A stretch of DNA of 64,000 bases from Perkinsela sp. CCAP 1560/9 (taxonomy: Eukaryota > Protista > Euglenozoa: Kinetoplastea), in contig CBFFSA010000004.1 in assembly GCA_965644495.1 (NCBI GenBank), forward strand, positions 62,001 through 126,000. Reading direction: 5' to 3'. Of this stretch, positions 10,714 through 20,453 are shown piece by piece (the stretch's first letter is position 1; each line of letters opens with the position of its first letter). The notes below the pieces were generated by a model. That model was not told where the DNA came from. It saw nothing but the letters and a program-made list of their open reading frames with translations, and made no database searches. Made by a program: the position numbers and the translations under genes.

Positions 10714-11396
10714 TAATCCAGCGAATGGAAGACAACATCGTTGCTTTGTGCGCTGGGTAGATGAGCCTGCGACTGCGCCAACTCTCTGATCCGGAAAGCA
10801 ACGTTCTCAAATCCTTGTGCAACGTCCCCGTGGATGAGAACATGTTGCTGCACGGTCTTGTGCTCTTGACAAAGTCCCGGGACACGGGTTTTCTCTTTTT
10901 CAAGGACGTGGAGTAAAGGTGGAAGAGGTGCCCGGGCATGGGCGGTGGACGCAATCGACTCAGACATGGTCGCTGAGCTTCGCTGATGCTTCAACCGACG
11001 TCATCGCTGGTCACATGAAAAATTTCCTGAAGTAAAAATATGGAGGATTTTATAAGGACACGAATCAGGATCGCGAAGTTTTGGCCCATTGGTTCAAGAC
11101 CATGTGGCTATAGTTGCGTGACAGCAATGTCCAAGATGGCAAAGTTCACTGGGACCGGAACAAGAAATTGAAGGAGGAAGTGGAAGAAAGTAGTACGCGC
11201 ACTGAAAGCATCGTGTGTGCGCTGGTGGGTGGATCGCCCCCAATATTACAGGGACTCTATTGAAGAACTGAATCAAAGCGATCCCCGAGTTCTCAAGCGG
11301 AAGTCCCGTGGGACGCACTCCTGTAAATTTTACTAAGAAGATCATGAGGATCAAGAAGCCATTCAGCAATACCGAGTGCATGTTAAAACATCCATA

Positions 11397-14089
11397 CACC
11401 CCCGTTCATGCCATATTGTTACAGTTTTCCTGGACGTATGAGGTGCGCTAAAGGGGAAATAATGTCTGTTTTGAAGAGATCTCGGCAGGGGCTCCCGAGG
11501 AAAAATATTGCAAGCAACTGAAATATCGCATTGTGGAATCTTGTGTCGACCTAAAAAGTTTATTTTGACTGAACTTGTGGAACCTTCTGTCGACCTAAAA
11601 AGTCAATTTTGACGGAAACTTTTGTTGGAGAAGACGGAAAGGATGAGTCAGAAGAGGAGCATATTTCTACAACTTCTACAATCTATTAAGATGAGACGGT
11701 CAGCGCCAGTACCACCTGAAAGATGACTGTTCCAGAGAAGGCCACAAGGAGCTCCCGACCATTCTTTCCCATGCTGAGTGTGTCCGGCATCAGTGAAATT
11801 TAAAAATTTGATTATAAAAATAAATAAATCTTTCTTAAATACGGATCTTACTATCATACAAAGGTAGCTACTATAATCTATCTATTTATCTCACGAAGGA
11901 AATACCAAAAGGGATTGTATCCTTTTCCCCTCCCACATAATGCCCATACACTGTGCTAATGTTAAAAAGTTAATAATTCACCCGATTTCCACCATTTGCT
12001 ACACACTCTTGCAGCCTTCTTTCAAAGGAGTCAACTACTGTTTGAGCCAGCTCACGAGCTTTTGGACTCCTCAAAAATTCTTCAGATACCTGGATAATCT
12101 CGGATTGCGTATTCGGACACTTTTTATTCTTCTCCTGTATTAAAAAAGACCAAAAATTTTCAAATAGGAGAAAGGTCAGGAGAATCCGCCGGCCATTTCG
12201 GGAGAATAGCTCCATCGGAACTTTTGTAGGTGCGCAAACTTTGAGTACCTATTTCATCCCTCGTCCCCCACCACATCATTGTCTTCTTCGCCGTATGTGG
12301 CGGTGCTCCGTCATCCTGAAAAATCATGTTAAGGTGAGATGCATGGTAAGGAATCCACTGTTTCATCAAGATTTCCTTTCGGTAGTAATAATTTCCTAAT
12401 TTGCGACCAGGAGGGGGGATCTCACGACTTTCACCGCGATACAAAGAGCGTGTGGCCTCGTGTGCGTAAAACTCTGTAAAGTTGTTACACCAATGCCAAA
12501 GGATATTACCTTGAATGTCTATGCCACCCCAGAGCATGACTTTAGTGGGATGATGTACCCGCGATCGATAAACAACATCTTCATCACTTTGCCAAGCTTT
12601 TCGAGTACCGTCCCCGGCATGTACATACGTTTCATCAGTTATAAGGAGTTTCTTTAAAAAGAGTCCTCCTGTGAGTTGTTGCTCTTTCAACAAAGCCTGA
12701 CAAAACAGCACCCGGGCTTCCTTCTTTGCAGGGGTCAGATTCAGAGTGTTTTTCTTTCTTTTGTACTTATACTTAAATAATTCGACTGCATGTCATTCGA
12801 TTTAATGTGAACATGTGGCACAGATCCGCCGGAGTGAAGTATCCCGTTAAGTACAAAACTCGTAGGGCCACGGTATGTGGTGTCTTCAAGCTGCCTTTCT
12901 GAGATAAAATCACCGGAAGCCCGCGTCTACGCCGAGTTGCAAGTTTAGCTGGTCGCCCTCGAGGCTTCTTCGCAGGAGTGATCTTGTCTACCTCACCAGT
13001 AGGACCCCTCGACCATTTGTTTTCTTAAATCACGCATGCTTCGAAGAATTCGCTGCTGCTCTTCAAAAAGTGTAAAATAAGAGTTTTTTAGGGTATCAAG
13101 TCTATGGGAATATTCAAGAACTTCGTGCCTAAGCGTCTGGCACCTTATTTTGCATTCGTCAGATTCGAGTACAGAAACGCGGACGTACTCTTTTGAACGA
13201 GCTTCTCGTTCCTCAGATGCATTTATTACCCTCCTGTGAATCCGCAGGCTCTTCTTTAAACGTTTTATCGCATTTCTCTGTGCCTGCACAGTTCGATTTA
13301 GCGAACTAATTGTTTTTTTAAGAGTGGCTAAAGGTGTGGTTGAGTTAGAAGCCTCATTTTCGGAAGGGGGTTCCAACGAATCACCGGTAATCTCAATTCG
13401 CTCCATCACATGTACGTCCGGGGGTTCGTTGCAGTCTCTGAGAGCGAGACAAACCTCGGGAGACGTCTTCTGAACTTCTCCACTTTGCTGAATCTGCGGT
13501 TCTGGGGGTTCTAAGGCGGGGGATGCTAAAGTGGATGCTAAGTGATGTGATATACTCTGAGTGATTTCCAATAGATCTGCTTGAAAAGTATGGTCCGCTA
13601 TGCATTTCGTTGAATGGTGCGTCTGTTGCGATTTTTGAAAAAAAAAGGGGAGAGTCATATCTTCGGAATCGCAACTTTCCGAACCGATACCTTCACCTAC
13701 AACGAAAGCGATATCTGAACCACTTTCGTGGTAGGCAGATTCGCATTCCTCAGAATCCCCCGAAGTCGAGCAAGAGGAATCATACTCCGTTTCAGAAGCT
13801 TCCGAAGGTTCCCAGTCGGTATCCGTTGCGGAAGACGCGGAAAGACTCTCTGCAGAGAGACTTGAGTCCGTTTGTGACATTGAAAAATAAGAACAAATCA
13901 CTGAAAGTAGATAATTTTCAGATAAAATTTTGACATAAAAAATACTCTGGTCAAGTACTGCAAAATGATGAATTCTGACTATTTTTCCGTTGTTATCCTA
14001 ACGTATCCGAGTAACTACGAAAAAAAACTAGCTAAAAAGCTCCTTCCATGCTCTCAAAACTTTTGTAACATTTTTTCTGAACGGGGGTG
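11397..14089 (-). mobile_element. IS630-Tc1-mariner-type transposon, DD49E, degenerate
   Basis: TA|CACCCCCGTTCA...TGAACGGGGGTG|TA termini, with TGTTACA conserved further inside; encloses transposase fragments. Confidence 0.88.
11970..13880 (-). pseudogene. Large Tc1-like transposase (acidic region, coiled coil, KPRGRP AT-hook, HTH, DDE), frameshifted and internally deleted
   Basis: ITDET / FQDDGAPPH / WPADSPDLSPI(E)NFW. One-base shifts near 13003 and 12162; about 75 codons missing near 12778 relative to the 57-kb homologue. Confidence 0.85.
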
Positions 14090-14286
14090 TATGTCTATCT
14101 GTTATTAGATTGGGAAAATGTCCTGCGCACGGAAAAAGAGACAGGGTTACTTACGAACGCTTAAAATGGGCAAAGTATAAAGGGGGCGTCACAAAAACTT
14201 TAAAATACTTTCTTTATAGATTTTTAGTCCCAAAGTTTTCATGAACCCCGAAAATAGGGAGAAAAAGGAAAAAAAAGGCCCAGCTG

Positions 14287-14928
14287 TTAAAATAAACCAT
14301 CATTCGTATCTCTCAAACGGGTGAGTATACCGTTACTGACGATAATTTCTGTTCCCTTCACATCGTAGTACAAGCCCTTCAACTTTCCTTCCACGTCCAA
14401 AGTTCCCTCCAAATTTTCGTTGCCATCGAGATGCATGTCACACAGAGACGAGGGGAGCATTGAGAAATCAACCCACCCTGCAAAGTGGTTTAAAGAAATG
14501 CTCAAGCATTCTATCGAAGGAGGCAAAGACAGAAAATTCGGCGTTCCACTAAACTTATTGTCCGAAATGCCGAGATTTTCCAATGAAGAGGGGAGACTTT
14601 CAAATGGAACGCTTCCCTGTAGTTGATTACTCAACAAACTTAACTCTTCTACAGTTCCGGGAAGATAATTCCAATCCAACTCACCACTAAGATAACTGCT
14701 CCACCAGTAAATGCCCACCACATTGGAGTCCGAATCACATCCAATTCCACACCACTCGCATGCGGGGGTATCGGTACTCCACGTGTCTTGATCCTGTTCC
14801 ACGTTTTTCACGAATCGTGCCAAGTCATACTCCAGGGGGAGGGGAACTCCAGCTACCTTTCCCGGGCGCTGACCATGTGGAGCTTCCGAATCCAACGTAC
14901 GCAACAAAATGTTGTGGTAGATAGACAT
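14287..14928 (-). CDS. Leucine-rich repeat protein
   Basis: PACEWCGIGC cap plus LSLLSNQLQGSV / ISDNKFSG / ISLNHFAG repeats; 213 aa, intact. Confidence 0.88.
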   Translation of the reverse strand: MSIYHNILLRTLDSEAPHGQRPGKVAGVPLPLEYDLARFVKNVEQDQDTWSTDTPACEWCGIGCDSDSNVVGIYWWSSYLSGELDWNYLPGTVEELSLLSNQLQGSVPFESLPSSLENLGISDNKFSGTPNFLSLPPSIECLSISLNHFAGWVDFSMLPSSLCDMHLDGNENLEGTLDVEGKLKGLYYDVKGTEIIVSNGILTRLRDTNDGLF

Positions 14929-15097
14929 GTAGAATGCTTTTTAAGAGTTTCTAATAAGGAAGAGAAACAAAGGTCACCGTTTATCACTGTCATAAAAACA
15001 AATTGTTTTTTATAAGTCTTTGAATCGACAAGTTGTGCAGAGTCAGGTCGCGTGCTACTGTATTATTGCATTCTAGTGTCAACGTACAATATACAAT

Positions 15098-15204
15098 GGT
15101 CCTCTGTTAAACGCGGAGGAAGTTTTCAACGCGAACCGCGCAGCAGCAGTGACCTCTACAAGCACTTGTACTTGAAAACAACCATCGCTTTTAACGAAGC
15201 GACC
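15098..15204. repeat. Diverged copy of the ~95-bp foldback element
   Basis: GTTAAACGCGGAGGAAGTTTTCAAC ... TTGAAAACAACCATCGCTTTTAACGAAG; related to 54651-54745 and 59437-59531. Confidence 0.65.
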
Positions 15205-15214
15205 AAACATTCTA

Positions 15215-15836
15215 TTATCGCGGACGGGTCAGTATACCGTTACTGACGATAATTTCTGTTCCCTTCACATCGTAGTACAAGCCCTTCAACTTTCCTTCCA
15301 CGTCCAAAGTTCCCTCCAAATTTTCGTTGCCATCGAGATGCACGTCACACAGAGACAAGGGGAGCATTGAGAAATCAGCCCACCCTGCAAAGTGGTTTAA
15401 AGAAATGCTCAAGCATTCTATCGAAGGAGGCAAAGACAGAAAATTCGGCGTCCCAGTAAACTTATTGTCCGAAATGCTGAGATTTTCCAATGAAGAGGGG
15501 AGACTTTCAAATGGAACGCTTCCCTGTAGTTGATTACTCAACAAACTTAACTCTTCTACAGTTCCGGGAAGATAATTCCAATCCAACTCACCACTAAGAT
15601 AATTGCTGCACCAGTAAATGCCCACCACATTGGAGTCCGAATCACATCCAATTCCACACCACTCGCATGCGAGGGGTATCGGTACTACACGTGGTTTCAT
15701 ACACTTCCACGTTTTTCACGAATCGTGCCAAGTCATACTCCAGGGGGAGGGGAACTCCAGCTACCTTTCCCGGGCGCTGACCATGTGGAGCTTCCGAATC
15801 CAACGTACGCAACAAAATGTTGTGGTAGATAGACAT
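15215..15836 (-). pseudogene. Tandem duplicate of the 14287 LRR gene, frameshifted and 3'-truncated
   Basis: Near-identical DNA offset by about 0.9 kb; split into ORFs 15642-15836 and 15215-15700. Confidence 0.88.
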
Positions 15837-16340
15837 GCAGAATGCTTTTTAAGAGTTTCTAATAAGGAAGAAAAACGAAGGCCACTTTTATCTTTGCCAT
15901 AAAAGCCGTTTTTGGAAGCATTGTTCTTGCGTACTTACTTTGTCAGTCCTTGAATAGGAAAGTTATGCAGAGTAGGGTCGAGTTCTACTAAAAGTTACAA
16001 GAATACAATTACCGTCGACACCATATATTTTACGTCTGGATGTACGTTCCCAAAGAAGCGATCGTAAAAGTGAAATTCATACTTGACCCACTTGACCGTG
16101 TAGAGAGATCTGGCTAATAATCTACCGGTCACGAGTTAAAAAACAAAACGAAGAGGTTCTACTTTCAAGCTTTTGTCTGTTACTAAATTCTACTCCTTCA
16201 TTTAAAACAAAAAAAGAACAGCACAACAAATCGTATGCATCAATGTATAAAGTTTACCTTGTATCTACCCCCCTATTCCCCGTTTTTTCATCCATACTTG
16301 CCTATTCTCCCCTCCCCCCTTTTCCCCTCTTTCCCCTCCT

Positions 16341-17285
16341 TTACTTTCGCGGTTCCTGAAAATGAAACCTTTGCGCGCCACATAGCGCCATGGTACGGTC
16401 AAAAATCGCAAACTGCCCCGCCGTCAGGGCACCAATCATCACACAACGCGCCCCGAGTCCCTGCACACACAATGTTCGAAACCCCGTCGCCTTTGCGAGC
16501 CGTACCAACCGCGTGGGAATACTCCCCTCCCCCCCGGCGTTCGGGGATTTATTAATCTTCGACAACAACGTATCGGCGGGATGCGAAATCACCGCAGCCG
16601 CAATCCCCGCCACCAACCCCGACCCCACCGCCACCGCCATATGCTGCCCCCCCGTCACCCTCCCCGGGTCCACCCCCCCGACGCGGTACATCCCCTCCGC
16701 GACCCGTCCCTGCACCGCGAACTTCGCCATCGTGTACGGGACCTGTTTCAGCACGATCGGGCCCAGCCCACGGTAGAACCCCCGCACCACCCCCTCCGCG
16801 GCATAGATCCTCGGCACCGCCGCGACCATCCCGGGCGCGAACCCGGGGTCCGCCACGAGACGGATCCGGGTCGCCTCCAGGGGGCAGAGGAAGAGGTCCG
16901 CGACCGTCTCCGCGACCGCCGCGGAGGCGAGATCGATCGCGGTGCGGTGCCCCCACGCGGCCTCCCCCCCGAGCCGGGCCGCGGCGGTGGTCCTCAGCAG
17001 CTCCACCCCGCCGAACTTGAGCCCGCCCTGGAGGAAGTACCCGAGGGCGGTGGGGCCGAGCCCGAGGGCCAGGGCCCCGGGGCCCTCGGCGCGGACGACC
17101 TGGGAGAGGGCCGCGAGGACCCCGGGGGGGTAGCGCCCGGGGTGGAGCTGCATGCGGGTCTTGACGACGTCGAGGGGGCAGACCGCGGCGTGGGTGAGGC
17201 TGCAGCAGAGGCCACCGGCAAGGCCGGCTTTGAGGTAGTAACGGGCGTCGTAGGGGGGGGTGGTGGTGGGGGGGGGGAGGGACAT
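16341..17285 (-). CDS. Mitochondrial phosphate carrier (SLC25A3/MIR1-like)
   Basis: Three PxD/ExxK/R carrier motifs (PLDVVKTR, PLEATRIR, PADTLLSK); CCSLTH, GYFLQGGLKFGG and KQVPYTMAKF are typical of Pi carriers. Confidence 0.95.
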   Translation of the reverse strand: MSLPPPTTTPPYDARYYLKAGLAGGLCCSLTHAAVCPLDVVKTRMQLHPGRYPPGVLAALSQVVRAEGPGALALGLGPTALGYFLQGGLKFGGVELLRTTAAARLGGEAAWGHRTAIDLASAAVAETVADLFLCPLEATRIRLVADPGFAPGMVAAVPRIYAAEGVVRGFYRGLGPIVLKQVPYTMAKFAVQGRVAEGMYRVGGVDPGRVTGGQHMAVAVGSGLVAGIAAAVISHPADTLLSKINKSPNAGGEGSIPTRLVRLAKATGFRTLCVQGLGARCVMIGALTAGQFAIFDRTMALCGAQRFHFQEPRK

Positions 17286-17719
17286 GTTTGGAGGAAAGGG
17301 GAAGTGTGTAGGGAAGTGGAGGGGAGGGTTATGGTGGGGGGAAAAAGGGGTGTGTTTTTTATCAGGGGTCCCTAAAAATTTATAGATCTAGTTTATGGTA
17401 TTTCAAAAAAAAGTATAGTACTATAAATGCCATTTATAGCACTATAAATACTTTAAAGTGTTTGAGAAAGTCTATTTTTAAGGGAGGCTAAAAGGGGTTC
17501 AAGAAGCCAAAAATTGTATTGGATGTTGTAAGGGGTGCTCATCTCGGGGGCCTGGCGTTCGGCTCGCAGTTCCGGGGTTGAAAACCCTTTTCTGAGATGG
17601 CAGTCTCAGGGAGACTCCATGTTGAGGGTGTCAAAAGCTTGCCGAGAACTAGTTGGTCGGCGTAGTGTAAGATAAACTCTATAACCTAAAATTCTTCTTA
17701 CCTAAAATTCTTATTTTCT

Positions 17720-17922
17720 ATGAGGCCCACACCACGTTACGTAAAGAAACAAATTGCAGAGCTCTACGACAGCGGTGTGTCTATGAGGTCCATCTCTGAT
17801 ACAGTAAATTTAAGTATCTCAACAATTTCTATGATATTAAAAAAAGAAAGGCCCAGGTGGACAGTATGCCTGCCCGTATGAAGGCAGTGCTGAAGGCTCG
17901 TGGGGGGAATACTAAATACTAA
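17720..17922 (+). pseudogene. Internally deleted Tc1-type transposase remnant
   Basis: N-terminal HTH (KKQIAELYDSGVSMRSISDTVNLSISTISMILKK) joined directly to a Tc1 C-terminus (VDSMPARMKAVLKARGGNTKY*). Confidence 0.75.
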
Positions 17923-17990
17923 TTTTACGGGCATAATCTCTCTTGGGCGATTACGTTTCATCTATTTTTTGGGACAAGATTTTCTCTATA

Positions 17991-18206
17991 ATAGGTAGCA
18001 AAAAAACCGTTCGAATGCTAAACTTTTTTATATTCATTCTTATTTCTTTGGTAGAACGAACTGAGGCGAACTATCTACGGGTACTATTAGGTGACACTCA
18101 TGCCTACACCATTAGCACACATTACCAACGCAACGGTGATATTTAATCAATAGCTCTATACAAAAGAAAAAAAACCGAAACATTCGAACGGTTTTTTTGC
18201 CGACTG
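17991..18206. mobile_element. MITE
   Basis: GCAAAAAAACCGTTCGAATG / CATTCGAACGGTTTTTTTGCCGACTG|TA. Confidence 0.6.
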
Positions 18207-18447
18207 TAGGTTCACCTTTTGTTGCCCTTTTTTCGATGTTGGCATTCACTTATGTCGATTTTTGCATGGTCTTATATCGATGTTTGCATGCCGATGTGCT
18301 AGTCGAGAGAGTTCATGCTAATCGAGCAGCTTCATGAATTCTACTAAGAGTTAAAGTAATTGGGAAAGTCTCAGCTGAGCTGGTAAGTATAGAAGTAAGT
18401 GAGCTTCTGTTGCTTGCAAAAGATATAGTTTAGAATCTTTGCCAGTT

Positions 18448-18558
18448 TGTTCCAGGATAGTATACCCATGCCGACTTAGTATACCTACTAGGTATACTAA
18501 GTGGCCATGGGACAGGCTACGAGGTATGCTAAGTGGGTATGGATATCCTGGAACATGG
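18448..18558. repeat. Short foldback element; family ends also near 5866-5930, 6117-6159 and 23817-23860
   Basis: TGTTCCAGGATAGTATACCCATGCC(G/C)ACTTAG..ATACCTAC and its reverse complement. Confidence 0.65.
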
Positions 18559-19212
18559 TTTAGTAAAAATTTTAAGTAAAATTCCACTAAGATACATACT
18601 TTTTTTCCTGTATCGGAAAAAAAACAAAAAAACACCTTAAAATTTCACCCAAAAATATAGGTTCAAAAAACATCGGTTTAGAGTATTTTTCCGTGGTTAC
18701 GCAGAGAGGTTCCCCTTTTATGCAAAAGAAATTAGTAGAAAAGCTTGCCCATAGCTTTCACGATGTTTGTCCCATTTTTCGATCATGGGTCTGTAGGTTG
18801 AAATCACAAGGGCCTTCAACCGGAATAAACCGCCCACATTGTTGCTCAGTCGGTTAAAAAATGCTTTTTTGGAATTTGAGAGGAAAAAATACGAAAACAC
18901 GAAAAATTTACATTTTAAAAAATGTTGCACAATAAAAAATTCGGCGCTGTAGTAGTTTGGGTGAGTACCCATCGAAACGAATTTTTAGTTTTGCGAAAAA
19001 ATGTACCCATCGAAACGACCTCTTCACATGGTAGTTCGGATGAGTACTGTAAGTTTCTGTGAGTTGCTGTGAGTTATTAATAATATTTTGACCCTTTTTT
19101 GAATTCAATTTTAAATATTCCTATGCCTTGTAATATTCCTATATCCTCTTAACATTCCTACCAGGAATATTAACCCGAACAGGGGTTAAATTTGAAAACT
19201 TTGGATGTGTAA

Positions 19213-20302
19213 ACCCAGGCTAAAGTGGACGAGGGAGATGCCAATAGTGCAGGTGCGGAAGTTTCCCACAGGAAAACGGTATCTCCCTTATGACATGAGA
19301 ACGTGCAGGGGCATGCAAAGGTGGAAATACCGTTTTCCTGTCGGAAATTGCCGCACCTGCACTGTTGGTACAGTAAACGTCACTATTCTCAGAATGCTCA
19401 GTTGTACGTTGACACAGAAAAAACGGCTTTTTTGTCGTTTTTCGTCACTATTCTCAGAATTGGTCTGTTGAACGTTGACAGGCACTTTTTTATGAGGTCA
19501 AATCCCAATTCTCATTTTTAAAAAAGAAAACGTTTCGCAAGAAACACGTTAGCAGCGGAGCAACTGGCCGCTTTGGGTGCACAAAAATGACCCCCAGTGA
19601 TCTCCAACTATCTCCTCGGTTTACGGAGTCGCCGCTCTATCAGTAGAACACCGCGCAGTCAAACAGCGCCAGTTTTCCTTTTGTGTAATAGCGTTTTGTT
19701 TTCAGAAAAACAAAGTTTCATTACTCGTAGTCACTTAAATCAATGTTGTCTTTTCTTTTTTTGGTCTCACTAAGACATTTGTGTGCCAGTAATAGACCCC
19801 CCCCGCAACAGAGATTGGACGATTTTTCGGCTGACCCTCAGTAACAGAGATTTGGTTCGGGAGGGTGGTTGGAGTGGGGGGGGGGGGTTTGGGCGGGTGG
19901 GGGTCGCTGGGCTGGGTGAGGGTGGTTGCGCGGGAGCGAATGGCGTAGTTGCGGGGTTGTCAGGGCAGAAAATCAACGAACTCGTGAGTAAAAAAGGTTT
20001 TTTCCCACCAAAAAAGCATACCCCCCCAGTAACGGAGATTTGGCCATTCGGGTCCAAACTCTCCAGTGAGTGAAGATGAAGCAGTGAGTTAATCATTGAG
20101 AAAACGAAAGCGCTTTTTTTTCAATTCTCATTTTTGAGTGTAAAATTGAATTGAACGTTGACACATGACAGAAGCTCCATTCTCATTTTTCAAGGTGCAT
20201 TCTCATTTTAGCCAGTTGTACGTTGACAGCCCAATTCTCATTTTTAGCGACTCTCAGAATAGTGACGTTTACTGTATCTCCCTAGTCCACTTCAGCCTGG
20301 GT
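19213..20302. mobile_element. ~185-bp foldback MITE split by insertion of 19371-20274 into one arm
   Basis: ACCCAGGCTAAAGTGGAC..AGTGCAGGTGCGG pairs with CCGCACCTGCACTGTTGG|TA[insert]TA|TCTCCCTAGTCCACTTCAGCCTGGGT. Confidence 0.8.
19371..20274. mobile_element. Second, inverted copy of the CAGTAAACGTC element, with a nested truncated MITE at 19787-20063
   Basis: TA|CAGTAAACGTCACTATTCTCAGA ... AGTGACGTTTACTG|TA; reverse complement of the 9672-10713 arms. Confidence 0.9.
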
Positions 20303-20453
20303 ATAAAATTTGTCCAATGGTCCAATGGGGCTTGGCGATCCCAATCTCCCAAGCTAACACACGTAGTAAGTCAACGAAACAAGACGCTAAAGAACTAGGG
20401 TAAGTCATATCAGAGAGCAATAGAAAATCATGAGAAAATGAGGAGAAGTGTGC

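Noticed and set aside
13169-13178. Third SL-core match (GTTTCTGTAC on the minus strand)
   Set aside because: Only 10 nt, inside a coding frame (VSVL), and the flanks do not match the SL.
16390-17375. Long overlapping + strand ORFs over the carrier gene (also over RPS20, NSUN2 and 38-40 kb)
   Set aside because: Antisense shadows of GC-rich coding sequence with no independent motifs.
17540-17660. Possible structured ncRNA upstream of the carrier gene
   Set aside because: Only short hairpins, with no tRNA or snRNA signature recognised.
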